Source of the DNA: a bacterium
GTDB lineage: Bacteria; UBA8248
Length of the DNA: 64,000 nucleotides
Reading direction: 5' to 3'
NCBI GenBank assembly: GCA_965204535.1
Contig: CBDBEV010000001.1
Location: forward strand, 2,528,001 to 2,592,000
Positions 20,887-31,314 of the stretch are shown here, piece after piece. The notes below the pieces were generated by a model. The model was not told where the DNA came from and made no database searches. It worked only from the letters and a program-made list of their open reading frames with translations. The first letter of the stretch is position 1. Each line of letters starts with the position of its first letter. The translations under genes and the position numbers were made by a program.

Positions 20887-22062
20887 TTATGAGCCCAGCA
20901 CGTTCGCGCTGCCTTCCAGCACGGTTTTGGCGGTGAGTTCCAGGCATTTTTCCGTGTTGGGCGGCATGATGAGGCCCGCTCTCGCCTCGCGGTGGAAGCG
21001 CTGGAGCGGATTGTGCCGGAACAGTCCCGGGCCGCCGGCCACCTTGATCGCCTTTTCCGTGATGAACGCGGAGGCTTCCGCGCAAACGTATTTCGCCTCG
21101 TTGATGGCGCCGTACGCCTTGTCCGCGCCGTGGGCGTTGATCATCCAGCCCGCCCTCTGGAGCATGAGTATCGCGCCCTCAAGCGCGATTTTCATCTCCC
21201 CGATCTGGCGCTGAATGGCGGGATATGAAGCGATGGGCACGTTGTCGGGCATGAGTTTTCGGTTTTGGGCGTAGTTGACCACCCAGTCGAAGGCGCCTCC
21301 GCCTGCGCCCAGGTAGACGGCGGAATAGCCGAACCCGAACTTGGGCAGAACGTCGGGGCGAATCGGGTCTCCGCCACGGCCCACGAGATCCTCCACCGGT
21401 ATCTTCACGTCGTCGTATATCATCGAGTGGCTCACCGTTCCGCGCATGGCGAAGGAGTTCCACTCCTGGTCTATCTTGAAGCCGGGGTTGTCCGAGGGCG
21501 CGATGAGAAGCCCCAGGCTTTTCGTGAGGTCTTCCTCGTCTTCGAGCTGCACCCAGAGGACGTAATAATCCGCCTCGCCGGCCATGGAGCAGAAGTATTT
21601 CCTGCCGTTGATCCGGTAGACGTCGCCGTCCCGAATCGCCTTCGTCTCCATGCGCCACACGCCGTGGAGGCTGGATGTGTTCTCGCTCGCGTAGCTCGCG
21701 ATGATCTTTCCGCTTCTTATGATTTCGCCGTACCTGCGCTTTTGCTCGTCCGTTCCCAGGTAGGTGATGACGTGGGAGATGGAACTGTGCATGTGGAAGA
21801 GCATGGCCGTGTTCGTGCAGCCCTTGGAAAGCTCGTAGAGGACCATCGAATAGGTGGCGGTGTCCTCGTAGAGATCTCTGCCGCCCTGGTCTTTCGGAAG
21901 CGTCAGGGAGGTGAATCCTTCTTTGGCCAGATCGTTGAAATTCTCGCGGGGGAAAATTCCTTCCTGGTCGATTTTCTCGGCTCTCGGGGCCAGGATTTCC
22001 TTCGCGTAGATTTTCGCGCGTTCGAGCAAATCTTCATTTTCAGGGTTGATACGAAAATCCAC
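20887..22062 (-). CDS. Acyl-CoA dehydrogenase-fold flavoprotein (paralog of 18083..19258)
   Basis: Shares long identical blocks with the paralog, e.g. KYFCSMAGEADYY and PDNVPIASYPAIQRQIGEMKIA. Confidence 0.85.
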   Translation of the reverse strand: MDFRINPENEDLLERAKIYAKEILAPRAEKIDQEGIFPRENFNDLAKEGFTSLTLPKDQGGRDLYEDTATYSMVLYELSKGCTNTAMLFHMHSSISHVITYLGTDEQKRRYGEIIRSGKIIASYASENTSSLHGVWRMETKAIRDGDVYRINGRKYFCSMAGEADYYVLWVQLEDEEDLTKSLGLLIAPSDNPGFKIDQEWNSFAMRGTVSHSMIYDDVKIPVEDLVGRGGDPIRPDVLPKFGFGYSAVYLGAGGGAFDWVVNYAQNRKLMPDNVPIASYPAIQRQIGEMKIALEGAILMLQRAGWMINAHGADKAYGAINEAKYVCAEASAFITEKAIKVAGGPGLFRHNPLQRFHREARAGLIMPPNTEKCLELTAKTVLEGSANVLGS

Positions 22063-22094
22063 CTGCCGGTTCCTTACCGTTCACGAAATGGAAT

Positions 22095-23252
22095 CTACGC
22101 GCCGCCGATGTTCCAGCCCCGTCCCTCGTCGCCGTAGCCAACCGACCCGTCTTCGGTGACGACCACCGTGTCCTCGAGTTTCACGAAGCCGACCTCGGGG
22201 TTTTTCATATCGGTTTCGATGGACACCACCATTCCGGGTTCGAGACCCCTGGTTTCATAGGTGGCGGGGTAGGGCACGACGCCCGAGGAGGTGAGGTGCG
22301 GTGCTTCGTGCTGGATGATGCCCATGCCGTGCGCAAGGAAGACCATCTGGTCGTCGTGTTCGCACTTGGCCTGCTCGGCGTGGGCGGCTTCATAGATTTC
22401 CTGTCCCGTGACTCCCGGGCGTACGACCGCGCGCGCGGCCGTCTGCACCGCTTGGATTTCGCCGAGTAAATCCTCCATGAGCGGCGTGGGCTCGCCCATG
22501 ACGGCCATGCGGCACAGATCGCCCAGGTATCCCTGCTTGTTCCCGCCCGAATCGAGCGAGAGAATGTTTCCCTCATCCCAGGTGGCGTTCGAGGGGGCGC
22601 GGTTGTAGCTGGGCCCCGTGCAGGTGAGGCAGTACTCGAAATCGAGTCCCCTTTGGGTCTCGAGTTTTTTCATCTCGTCGGCGACCTCGTACATGGTGGT
22701 TCCCGGAGGCGTGCTCTTCATGACGTCGAGCATGCACTCGACGATGACTTCTGAGGCTTCTTTGAGGAGAGTGAGCTCGTGGGGCTGCTTCACGGCCCGG
22801 AGTTCTTCGAGCAGGTAGACGGCGTCGATGAATTTGGCGTCGGGCAACTCCTCCTGAAGCGCCTCGTATGAATCCGCCGGCAGAAAGCATTTCTCCACCG
22901 CCACTGTGCCTTTCTCGTGGCCGAGCCTGCGGATGAAATCGGCCGCGTCCTTGCCGGCCTGATCGGTGTGCCACTGGTTGTTTCGCTTCTCGGGCACCCA
23001 CAGGGGTTCGACTTCCTGCTGCCAGCCTTCCATGATGTTCCCGATGTAGAACGCCTTGTCGGGCGCGCCCTTCGGGAGGCCCACTATCGGCTGGTAGCGG
23101 CTGACGCCGATGGCGTCCTTGTGGGCGAAGAAAAAGAATTGATAGCCGCCGAGCAGGTAGCGGACGTTTTCCTTCGAAGTGGCGAGAACAACGTCCGCTC
23201 CCTGGTCTTCCATCAAGGCGCTGAGCTTGTTGTCGTCAAAGGGCAGGTTCAT
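22095..23252 (-). CDS. M24 (Xaa-Pro peptidase/creatinase fold) family protein
   Basis: Metal ligands D..D (LDSG...GDLCR), HGMG, SIET, LEDT. Confidence 0.85.
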   Translation of the reverse strand: MNLPFDDNKLSALMEDQGADVVLATSKENVRYLLGGYQFFFFAHKDAIGVSRYQPIVGLPKGAPDKAFYIGNIMEGWQQEVEPLWVPEKRNNQWHTDQAGKDAADFIRRLGHEKGTVAVEKCFLPADSYEALQEELPDAKFIDAVYLLEELRAVKQPHELTLLKEASEVIVECMLDVMKSTPPGTTMYEVADEMKKLETQRGLDFEYCLTCTGPSYNRAPSNATWDEGNILSLDSGGNKQGYLGDLCRMAVMGEPTPLMEDLLGEIQAVQTAARAVVRPGVTGQEIYEAAHAEQAKCEHDDQMVFLAHGMGIIQHEAPHLTSSGVVPYPATYETRGLEPGMVVSIETDMKNPEVGFVKLEDTVVVTEDGSVGYGDEGRGWNIGGA

Positions 23253-23517
23253 GGCGGTTTCCTCTCGAATATGGGATATCCCGGATTCGGTTTTCATTAT
23301 TTAGGTCGAGAACATGCGGTACTCATCTCCACGAAATCGAATAGGCGGCAGAAAATGCGCTGTCTCGACCATCGCTCGAACAATGACTCATGAACCGAAA
23401 AAGGGTGTCATGCAGGGCGGAAAAATGCAAGCGGAGCGTTGGAGCGAGCAGCGTTTCAACCGATGTGCGCCAAAGGAAAGGAATGACGATGCGCGGGCTT
23501 TTTTCCTTTGACAAGAA

Positions 23518-24267
23518 TCAACCTCCCATGGCGATGCCGCCGTTCACGTCCAGGCAGATGCCCGTGATGTATTCCGCCTCGTCCGAGGCGAGGAAGAGCG
23601 CGGCATTGGCCACGTCCAGCGGCCTGCCCACGCGGCCAAGCGGAATCTGCTTGACTATCTCATCCTGGCGGGCGGGGAGCCATTCGTCGGTGAGCGGCGT
23701 GGTCGTGGGGCCAGGTGCTATGGCGTTCACGGTGACGCCGTAGGGCCCAAGCGTCTTGGCGAGCGAGCGCGTGAGGCCGATGACGCCCGCTTTCGCCGAG
23801 GTGTAGGGAATCCCGCCCGCGAAGCCGCCCGAACGCCATGCGGAGGAGGAGAGGTTGACGATGCGGCCATAGCGCCTCTCCATCATGTGCTCGGAGACGG
23901 CGCGGGCGCAGAGGTATTCTCCTTTCAGGTTCACGTCGATCACGGCGTCCCAGTCATCTTCGGTGTATTCGAGATATTCCTTCTTGGGGGAAATCCCTGC
24001 GTTGTTGACGAGGATGTCGATTCTGCCGAACGCTTCCAGGCAGGATTCGGCCATCTCCCCCACGGCGGCGGAATCCGAAACGTCGGCCTCGCAAGCCAGT
24101 ACGCCGGATGCGCCCGTGGAGAGTTCGTTCGAGAGGGCTTCCACAGCTTCTGCGTTTCGATCGCAGACGAGCAAAGACGCGCCCTCCGCCACGAAACGCC
24201 TGGCGATGGCCTCGCCCAAGCCGCTTCCCGCTCCCGTGATGATGGCCGCCTTGTCCTTCAGCCGCAT
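23518..24267 (-). CDS. SDR oxidoreductase (FabG-like)
   Basis: TGAGSGLG, NNAG, YTSAK. Confidence 0.9.
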   Translation of the reverse strand: MRLKDKAAIITGAGSGLGEAIARRFVAEGASLLVCDRNAEAVEALSNELSTGASGVLACEADVSDSAAVGEMAESCLEAFGRIDILVNNAGISPKKEYLEYTEDDWDAVIDVNLKGEYLCARAVSEHMMERRYGRIVNLSSSAWRSGGFAGGIPYTSAKAGVIGLTRSLAKTLGPYGVTVNAIAPGPTTTPLTDEWLPARQDEIVKQIPLGRVGRPLDVANAALFLASDEAEYITGICLDVNGGIAMGG

Positions 24268-24280
24268 GCGGGTCTCCTGT

Positions 24281-25057
24281 TTAGAATTGAACGAAGCCGC
24301 CGTCCACGTTGATGGCTTGGCCGGTGATGCCGCCCGAGTCCTCACACGCCAGAAGAAGCGCGAGCGGAGCGCATTCTTCCGATTCGATAAAACGCTTCAT
24401 CGGCACCCTGTTGCGCAACTCCTCCGCCTGTTCCTCAAAAGTCTTGCCCGTCTCGTCGGCCCATTTCTGGATGCTCTCCTCGAACATGCCGGTGGAGACG
24501 AAAGTGGGGCAGATGCAGTTCGCCGTGACCCCAAACGGGGCGACTTCTGCGGAGAGTGCTTTGGTGAGGCCCAGAACGGCGTGTTTTGACGCCGCGTAGG
24601 CGCTCCGGTAGGCTAGGCCGATTTTGCCCGAAACCGAGGCGACGTTGATGATTTTTCCGGATTTGCGCTCGAGCATCGAGGGCAGGACTTCGCGGATCGC
24701 CGTGAATGGCGCCTTCGCGTTGATTTGCATGGTGCGCTCCCACACCTCGTCGGGGAGTTGGTGGACCGCCTCAAAACTCACGATACCCGCATTGTTCACG
24801 AGGATGTCGACCGGACCGAGCATGTCGACCGTCTTGCGCAGCGAATCGAGAATGTCTTCGTCCTTCATGACGTCGCACGGGCAGACGAGCGCCTTTCGCC
24901 CCATGGACTCGATTTCTTTTGCGAGCGCTTCCAGTTTATCCACGGAGCGGGCGGCCAGGGCGAGGTTCGCTCCCTCGCTGGCGTAGGTGCGCGCAATCGC
25001 GCCGCCGATGCCTCCGGATGCGCCCGTGATGAATGCGACTTTGCCTTCGAGTTTCAT
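24281..25057 (-). CDS. SDR oxidoreductase (3-hydroxybutyrate dehydrogenase-like)
   Basis: TGASGGIG, NNAG, YAASK. Confidence 0.9.
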   Translation of the reverse strand: MKLEGKVAFITGASGGIGGAIARTYASEGANLALAARSVDKLEALAKEIESMGRKALVCPCDVMKDEDILDSLRKTVDMLGPVDILVNNAGIVSFEAVHQLPDEVWERTMQINAKAPFTAIREVLPSMLERKSGKIINVASVSGKIGLAYRSAYAASKHAVLGLTKALSAEVAPFGVTANCICPTFVSTGMFEESIQKWADETGKTFEEQAEELRNRVPMKRFIESEECAPLALLLACEDSGGITGQAINVDGGFVQF

Positions 25058-25120
25058 GTTCTCTCCTATTTCATGAATAATTCCGATGCTTCGTGCGTGT
25101 TTCGCCCCAACGACGCTCTC

Positions 25121-26383
25121 TCAGCAGACTTCCCGGATAATAGCCTCGAACTCCTCGTTTCCCAGCTGCCGCTTGCGCCAGCGGATCTCCGCGCGGACCC
25201 GCTCGACCACGTCTTTTTCCTTCTCCTGCGGAAGATTGAGACCCAGTTCCCGTGCCTTCGTGCGTATGGCCCACTCGCCCGAATAATGACCCAGCAGGTT
25301 GTGCATGCCGTTTCCGAACATTCCGGGTTTCATGCACGAATACGCCCAGAAGCCCTCTTCCGTATCGGGCACGCAGTAGTGCACCTCGACCAGGTGGGAG
25401 AACGCCGTCTTGCCGACGAAGGGCATGGTGTCCGTCATGGGCCACTTCATGATGTCGGAGACGAGTCTGGAGAGTTCATACATTTTCTCGAGTTTGATCC
25501 CGCAGTCGATGCCGTAGTAGAGCTGAATCACGGCGGCGACTTCGGCGAGAGGCGCAATGTGCGCGCGCTCGCCCAAGCCGTTCACGCAGGCGTCGATGAG
25601 TTCGGCGCCGCCCTCCAGCCCTGCATACAAGGCGGCGCAGGCCAGGCCGATGTCATTGTGGGTGTGGAGGCCGATTTGCGTGCCGGGTAGCAGGCGCTTC
25701 ATCTCGCGAACGACATAGGTGTATACCGGCGTGATCGCCATGCCGTTGATGTCGTCGAGCTTGATCATGTCCGCGCCCGAGTCCACGAGTTTGCCGCATA
25801 CTTCGGCAAGGCGTTCGATAGGTATGCGCGTGCAGTCTTGGATCAGGCAGCCCACCTTCCTCTCGGGGCCCGATTTCTCCCGGGCGTAGGCCACCGAACC
25901 GCAGGCGCGCTCGATGGCCTGCTCGATGGTGATGTCCGGGTCGCCCGCCATCGATTCGAACAGGCACATCTGGTTCGGGGAGAAGGAAAAGCAAAGGGTC
26001 GTGTAGTCAGCACCATGCTCCACGTTCATATCCACTTCCACCTTGGCGAGTTCGGGATTGAGCACGGCGGTGGGATGCACGAGCGCCTCCACGATGAGGT
26101 CGGGGTGGCGTTTTTTGACTTCTTCCATCTCCAGCGGGTCGTCGTGGTGCATCTGCACCATGCTCACGCCTGCGTCGACGAGCGCATCGGCGATGCGGAT
26201 CACCTCATCCCGCCGCAGGGACACGCCGGGCAGCTGCCTGCCTTCCCTCAGGGTGATGTCGCAAAGCTGGAATTTCTCCGGCAGCGTCATCTGCGAGCGG
26301 ATTTCGTCTGAGAAACAATGCTGCGAAATCCGCCAGTTCTCGGTGGTGGGTTCCAGATTGCTGTTCACGGGATAGCCTGGCAT
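25121..26383 (-). CDS. DRE-TIM metallolyase (LeuA/homocitrate synthase-like)
   Basis: DITLREGRQ, HTHND, GLGERA. Confidence 0.85.
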   Translation of the reverse strand: MPGYPVNSNLEPTTENWRISQHCFSDEIRSQMTLPEKFQLCDITLREGRQLPGVSLRRDEVIRIADALVDAGVSMVQMHHDDPLEMEEVKKRHPDLIVEALVHPTAVLNPELAKVEVDMNVEHGADYTTLCFSFSPNQMCLFESMAGDPDITIEQAIERACGSVAYAREKSGPERKVGCLIQDCTRIPIERLAEVCGKLVDSGADMIKLDDINGMAITPVYTYVVREMKRLLPGTQIGLHTHNDIGLACAALYAGLEGGAELIDACVNGLGERAHIAPLAEVAAVIQLYYGIDCGIKLEKMYELSRLVSDIMKWPMTDTMPFVGKTAFSHLVEVHYCVPDTEEGFWAYSCMKPGMFGNGMHNLLGHYSGEWAIRTKARELGLNLPQEKEKDVVERVRAEIRWRKRQLGNEEFEAIIREVC

Positions 26384-26501
26384 TACAACCTCCTTTTACG
26401 GGATTTCATCGCCGATGCGGGATCGGAAAAAAGAGAACTTCAATTCACTCTCAGCTTTATGCCTTCTCAAAAGACATACCAATGTTTGTTTTTTCCGCCT
26501 C

Positions 26502-27593
26502 TCAGGGGTCGGGCAAGATCACAGGCGCCACGTCCTCGAGCAGCGGCAGAACCTCGCGACCGAAAATCTGTGCTTCCTCCAGATAAGGCCAGCCGTGCAT
26601 GATGAAATGCGTCACGCCGGCGTCGACGTATTCGCGGAACTGATTCGCCACCATCTCCGGCGTGCCCACGAAGGTGGTGGCCCCGCCGGCGCGCACCTTG
26701 TTCACGCCCATCCAGATGGTGTCGGTGAGCCAGAGGGATTCTCTTGAGGCCATCTCGTTGATGCGCGACTGGCTCGTGGATTCGCTCAGGCGAACCGAAT
26801 CCGCCCAGGTGGCGGTATTGCCGATGTCGCTGTCGTTCAGCCAGCCCTCCACGGTGCGCCTCGCCTCTTGTTTCGTCTCCCGCACGCAGACGCAGTGGCG
26901 CACTCCGAATTCGAGAGGGGCCTCGCGCTCGAACTCATTTTCCAGCTTTATGACCTCTTGAATTTCCTTCGCCACGGTTTCCGGTTCATAGGCAAAAAAG
27001 ACGTGGACGTCGCCATAGCGCGCGGCGACGCGCTTTCCCCCCGGAGAGCTGCCCGCCAGAAAGATGGTGGGGTGGGGGTTTGAATAACGCTTCGGCCAGA
27101 TGTGGGCGTCTTCCACGTGGAAAAAGCGGCCCTTGTAATTCACGGGTCCATCTTCCCGCCAGAGGCGGTGCACGACCTCGAGAAATTCCTCGGTCACTTC
27201 GTATCTTTCATCATGAAGCGCGTGGTAGCCGTAACGCCTCAAGTCCGCTGAGTTCGCGCCCGAGACGACGTTGAGTGATAAGCGGCCTTTCGTGAAGTAG
27301 TCCAGCGTGTTCGCCTGCTGGGCGGCGTAGACCGGACTCACCAGACCGGGGCGGAAGGCGACCAGAAACTTGATTTTCTTCGTTTGGGTCGCCAGGGAGG
27401 ATGCCGTCTGCCAGGCATCGACGCAATGCGTGCCCGTCGGCACAAGAATGTTGACGCACCCGGCGTCTTCGGCCGCCTGAGTGACCCGGGCCAGATAATC
27501 CAGCGTGGCAGGACGCTCAGGCACGGCGGGATTGATTTGGTGGCCGTCGCCCGCGTTGAACGAGCACAATGCCCAATGAAACTGAACAGCCAA
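26502..27593 (-). CDS. LLM-class flavin-dependent monooxygenase (SsuD-like)
   Basis: KFLVAFRPG, LNVVSG, AGSS, GWPYLEE. AGGAG RBS before the TTG start. Confidence 0.85.
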   Translation of the reverse strand: MAVQFHWALCSFNAGDGHQINPAVPERPATLDYLARVTQAAEDAGCVNILVPTGTHCVDAWQTASSLATQTKKIKFLVAFRPGLVSPVYAAQQANTLDYFTKGRLSLNVVSGANSADLRRYGYHALHDERYEVTEEFLEVVHRLWREDGPVNYKGRFFHVEDAHIWPKRYSNPHPTIFLAGSSPGGKRVAARYGDVHVFFAYEPETVAKEIQEVIKLENEFEREAPLEFGVRHCVCVRETKQEARRTVEGWLNDSDIGNTATWADSVRLSESTSQSRINEMASRESLWLTDTIWMGVNKVRAGGATTFVGTPEMVANQFREYVDAGVTHFIMHGWPYLEEAQIFGREVLPLLEDVAPVILPDP

Positions 27594-27823
27594 GTCTTCT
27601 CCTGCATTTTGAATGCGCGTCCGGTTTGCACTTGCTTAGAATCGGAATGGCCCGCTTCAAGAACGAACCCAGTGCCTTTTGTCTGGATATTACACTATCG
27701 ATGATCCCCGAAAAATGCGCGAAGAACTCGAAACGATCAAAGCGCGCGGCTGTGCGCTCGACAAGGGAGATTTCAGAGAGGATGCCTGCGGCGTAAGCGC
27801 TCCTTGATTCCTTTTGAGCAGAT

Positions 27824-29029
27824 TCACCATCGCCTGGGATGAGCATCAGGGATAGGGCCGCTCAAGGTGCCGCGGCCCGATTTTTGTCTGATGTAGACGG
27901 TCTTGTTGTGATCGTCGGGAATTTCTCCATGTAGTGCTTTTTTAAGCCAATCCACGGCCCAGGGGTTCAGGTCCAGGTTGCCGAGTCCCTGCATTCCCCA
28001 CACTCTGTGGAACTCGTTTTCCAGTACCCACAATTCCTTGGGCGCCGCGATCTCCTCGAAAAAGCGGAAAGCGTCTTCCAGGTGGCTCAGCGGGTCGAAT
28101 TCTCCCGTGGCCAATAGCGTCGGGCAGGAGATTTTCGCCCCACAGCCTTTGAGCGTCATCTTTGCGGCCATCTCGTCGAAAGCCTCTTCGTCGGTGTATC
28201 CGGCCATGTACATGAAGATTTGCTTGAAACGCGGAGAAGCTTCGCCGAAGATCACGTGCTTGTCCGAAAAGGTAGCGCTGCCTCCCGCGCAGGCCTTGAT
28301 CCTCTCGTCCATCGCTGCGGCGAGCGGTGCCCAGTAAGAACCCATGCTGATGCCGAATACGCCGATTTTATCCGGGTCGATTTCCTCGCGGGTCACCAGA
28401 TAATCGATCACCGCCGAAACGGCGCGCTCATAATTGTTTTCGGTCACGCGGATTTTGCGCATGTTGGAGACGCCTTGCCCGGGGCCGTCGATGGCGCAGG
28501 CGTGCATGCCCCGCCGAATCATGTCGTTCTGCAGGATGTAGGGATAAAACTCCTTCGTCTGGTCCATGCCGGGAATGTAGATGATGCAAGGGGCTTTTCT
28601 CCTGCCCGGCAAGAGGTGGAGAATGATTTGAATCTCCCGGCCCTCGAAGGGGACTTCGATCCGCTCCACCGGATAATCGGCCAGGGCAATCGCCCGGTCA
28701 TAGCATCGGGTCAACCCGGCGTGAAGTTTGAGCTTCTGCGGATGATCATCTTCAAAAATGACGTGTTGTCCTTTGCGGTATGATTCCGACGCCTGGATGT
28801 AGAGCTCGAGCGCCGTTTCCCGCATCCCGGCCTCTTCCGCCGCCCGGGCGATTTCTTCCTTGTGCTGCGCATCCTCGCCCTGGAGCTTGCTGATCATCTT
28901 GTAGTTCTTCACGCCCTTGGGAAGCTCGAACTTGTCGTCTTCGAAGTTCTGGACCATTCCGGCCGTCTTGGCGATGTAATCCAGTATCCATTGCTGGTTG
29001 TCGCGGCGGCGAACGTGTTTCAGAGACAT
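27824..29029 (-). CDS. Alpha/beta hydrolase (2,6-dihydroxypseudooxynicotine hydrolase/FrsA-like)
   Basis: PGMD, DGPGQG, nucleophile motif GISMG, GEFD. Confidence 0.82.
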   Translation of the reverse strand: MSLKHVRRRDNQQWILDYIAKTAGMVQNFEDDKFELPKGVKNYKMISKLQGEDAQHKEEIARAAEEAGMRETALELYIQASESYRKGQHVIFEDDHPQKLKLHAGLTRCYDRAIALADYPVERIEVPFEGREIQIILHLLPGRRKAPCIIYIPGMDQTKEFYPYILQNDMIRRGMHACAIDGPGQGVSNMRKIRVTENNYERAVSAVIDYLVTREEIDPDKIGVFGISMGSYWAPLAAAMDERIKACAGGSATFSDKHVIFGEASPRFKQIFMYMAGYTDEEAFDEMAAKMTLKGCGAKISCPTLLATGEFDPLSHLEDAFRFFEEIAAPKELWVLENEFHRVWGMQGLGNLDLNPWAVDWLKKALHGEIPDDHNKTVYIRQKSGRGTLSGPIPDAHPRRW

Positions 29030-29090
29030 ATATTTATCCTCGCTTGATCAGGTTGTATGAGCGCTCATTTTTATCAGGATATCGCGAAGC

Positions 29091-30191
29091 TCAGCATCCG
29101 CTTTTTCCGTCGTTCGGGATGGTGAGAATTTCCGCCGATTTCAGCACTTCGTTGTCGGTTGCGCCCCCTGCGATGAGAACCCGCCCTCCCCCGAGGGAAG
29201 TGGCCGTATGGAGGCGTCTGGGAAATTTCATTTCGACGCCCACGGACCAGAAGCATCCTTTCCCGGGCTCATACACTTCCGCGTCGGCCAGGGTCCGTCC
29301 CTCACCGCCCCAGCCGCCGATCAGGACGACTCTGCCGTCAGGCATCAGCGTGGCGGTGTGCTGCTGGCGGTTGACGCGCAGTTCGTCTTTCAGCGGCGTG
29401 AATTTTTCCGTCGCCGGGTCGTAGATTTCAGCGCTGGCGAGTGTTTTTTCCTTGCCCAGACCGCCTGCGATGAGCACCCTCCCGTCCAGAAGCCTTGTGG
29501 CGGTGTGGCGGCTCCTTTGCGCCGTCAGGCTTCGGACCAGCCGCGTTATTCCCTGAGAGGGCAGGTAAAGCTCCGCGTAGCGCGCCCCCTTTCCTTCCGC
29601 GCCGCCCAGGATGAGGATGTTGCCCCCGGATAGCGCGGTGGCGCTGTGCTGCTGGCGCGCCATGAGCATGGGCCTCCGCGCCGGGAGGAAGCGCTTTTTG
29701 CCGGACACGTATATTTCCAGATGGCGAATGGCGCGCTTCCCGTTGTTGCCGCCGGCGATGAGCACGTCTTCGGCGGGCAGCTTGGTCATCGTGTGATCAT
29801 AGCGCCCGTATTTCATCAAGGCCCGTGCGCGGACTCCACCGCCGGGTTGTATGAGGAAAGAGTCTCTGAGCGCCTCCCCTCCATTCGTCCAGCCGCCGGT
29901 AATCAGCACCCCACCCTTGAGTAGAATCGCCTTGTGCCAGCCGCGCGCCCGCAGGCCTTGAATCTTGTGGGGCTTGAAGGTTCCCCGCGCCGGGTCGTAT
30001 ATCTCGAAATCACCGAGCGGAGAGGTTTTCGTGAGACCCGCGGCGATGAGAATTTCGCCGGTTTCGAGTTTTGTGGCCGTATGCCCGTGCCGGGGGGCGT
30101 TCATATTCCCCGACGGGGAGAAATCCCCCTCACCGCCGCAGGCGGCCAGGGCCATGCCGAACAGCAAACAAATTATCGTTCGTATCCCCAT
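29091..30191 (-). CDS. Kelch-repeat lipoprotein
   Basis: Lipobox LAAC; about six R-x-x-H-T-A-T...LIxGG...EIYD repeats. Confidence 0.85.
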   Translation of the reverse strand: MGIRTIICLLFGMALAACGGEGDFSPSGNMNAPRHGHTATKLETGEILIAAGLTKTSPLGDFEIYDPARGTFKPHKIQGLRARGWHKAILLKGGVLITGGWTNGGEALRDSFLIQPGGGVRARALMKYGRYDHTMTKLPAEDVLIAGGNNGKRAIRHLEIYVSGKKRFLPARRPMLMARQQHSATALSGGNILILGGAEGKGARYAELYLPSQGITRLVRSLTAQRSRHTATRLLDGRVLIAGGLGKEKTLASAEIYDPATEKFTPLKDELRVNRQQHTATLMPDGRVVLIGGWGGEGRTLADAEVYEPGKGCFWSVGVEMKFPRRLHTATSLGGGRVLIAGGATDNEVLKSAEILTIPNDGKSGC

Positions 30192-30312
30192 CCATTCTCC
30201 CCTGGGCTTCACAATTCAGGCAGGAGGCCTCCGTAAGACCTCATGGCCTCGAAAACCCGCCTGTGGTACATTTTCGCCCATACCTCGAGACCATTCCATA
30301 CCGGGAGCCATT

Positions 30313-31263
30313 ATGCGCGAGACGGGCGATATCCGAAACGTCGCTGTCATCGGGGGTGGATATGTGGGCCGGGGCGTGGCGCTGCAGTTCGCCCTCGCGG
30401 ATTTTCGCGTCTTGATGTTCAACCGAAGCCCCGAAAGCGCTGCGCGCGCGCGCGCTGAAATCGAAAAAAGCCTTGATATTCTCGTCGATGCGGACGTGCT
30501 GGAAGAAGAAGGCGCGCGCGGTGTTTCAGAGCGCATCGCCCTGACGCAGGATTTGAAAGAAGCCGTGAGTGGCGGCGATTTCGTCGTCGAGGCGGTGAGT
30601 GAAATTTTATCGCTCAAACAGGATGTTTTCGAGAAGATGGACGCGATAGCCCCGCCCGACGTGATACTGGCGAGCGAGACCTCGGGGCTGGGCATGACGG
30701 ATATTTCCGCGCGGACGAAGCATCCCGGGCGCTGCATCGTCACCCACAACTACACCCCCCCTCATCTCATACCCGTCGTGGAGGTGGCGGCGGGCCGCCG
30801 GACGAGCCCGGATACGACGCGGATCACCTGCGAGTTGCTCGAAAAAGCAGGCAAGGAGCCCATCGTCTGCCGGGAGGTGCCCGGACACATCGGGGTGAGG
30901 CTCACGACGGCGCTCAGGCGCGAGGCTTACCACATCGTGGAAAAAGGCTACGCGCGTCCCGAGGACGTCGACGCCGTGTGGCGCTCTATCGCCCCGCTCT
31001 TCCCGGCGCTGGGGCTGTGCAAGCTCAACGATTTCTCGGGCATGGACGTGCTGCGCGACGTGCACCGCAATATCCAGCCCACGCTCGATCACCGGGGGGA
31101 ACCCGGTCCCCTGATGGACGAGATGGTGGAGAAGAACCTGCTTGGGGTCAAGAGCGGCGAGGGGTTTTACAGGTGGACGGCGGAATCGGCCCGCGAGGCG
31201 GCGCGCCTGCGGGATGAGGCATTGATTCGGTTGTACCGGGATCGAAAAAACGAGGTTTCGTGA
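30313..31263 (+). CDS. 3-hydroxyacyl-CoA dehydrogenase family protein
   Basis: GGGYVG Rossmann motif, EAVSE, LASETS, H...PPHLIPVVE. Confidence 0.87.
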   Translation: MRETGDIRNVAVIGGGYVGRGVALQFALADFRVLMFNRSPESAARARAEIEKSLDILVDADVLEEEGARGVSERIALTQDLKEAVSGGDFVVEAVSEILSLKQDVFEKMDAIAPPDVILASETSGLGMTDISARTKHPGRCIVTHNYTPPHLIPVVEVAAGRRTSPDTTRITCELLEKAGKEPIVCREVPGHIGVRLTTALRREAYHIVEKGYARPEDVDAVWRSIAPLFPALGLCKLNDFSGMDVLRDVHRNIQPTLDHRGEPGPLMDEMVEKNLLGVKSGEGFYRWTAESAREAARLRDEALIRLYRDRKNEVS

Positions 31264-31314
31264 CGGAAACGGAGCGGAATTCAGGTTCGTGAACCTTCAT
31301 GCGGAGGAGCCGAC

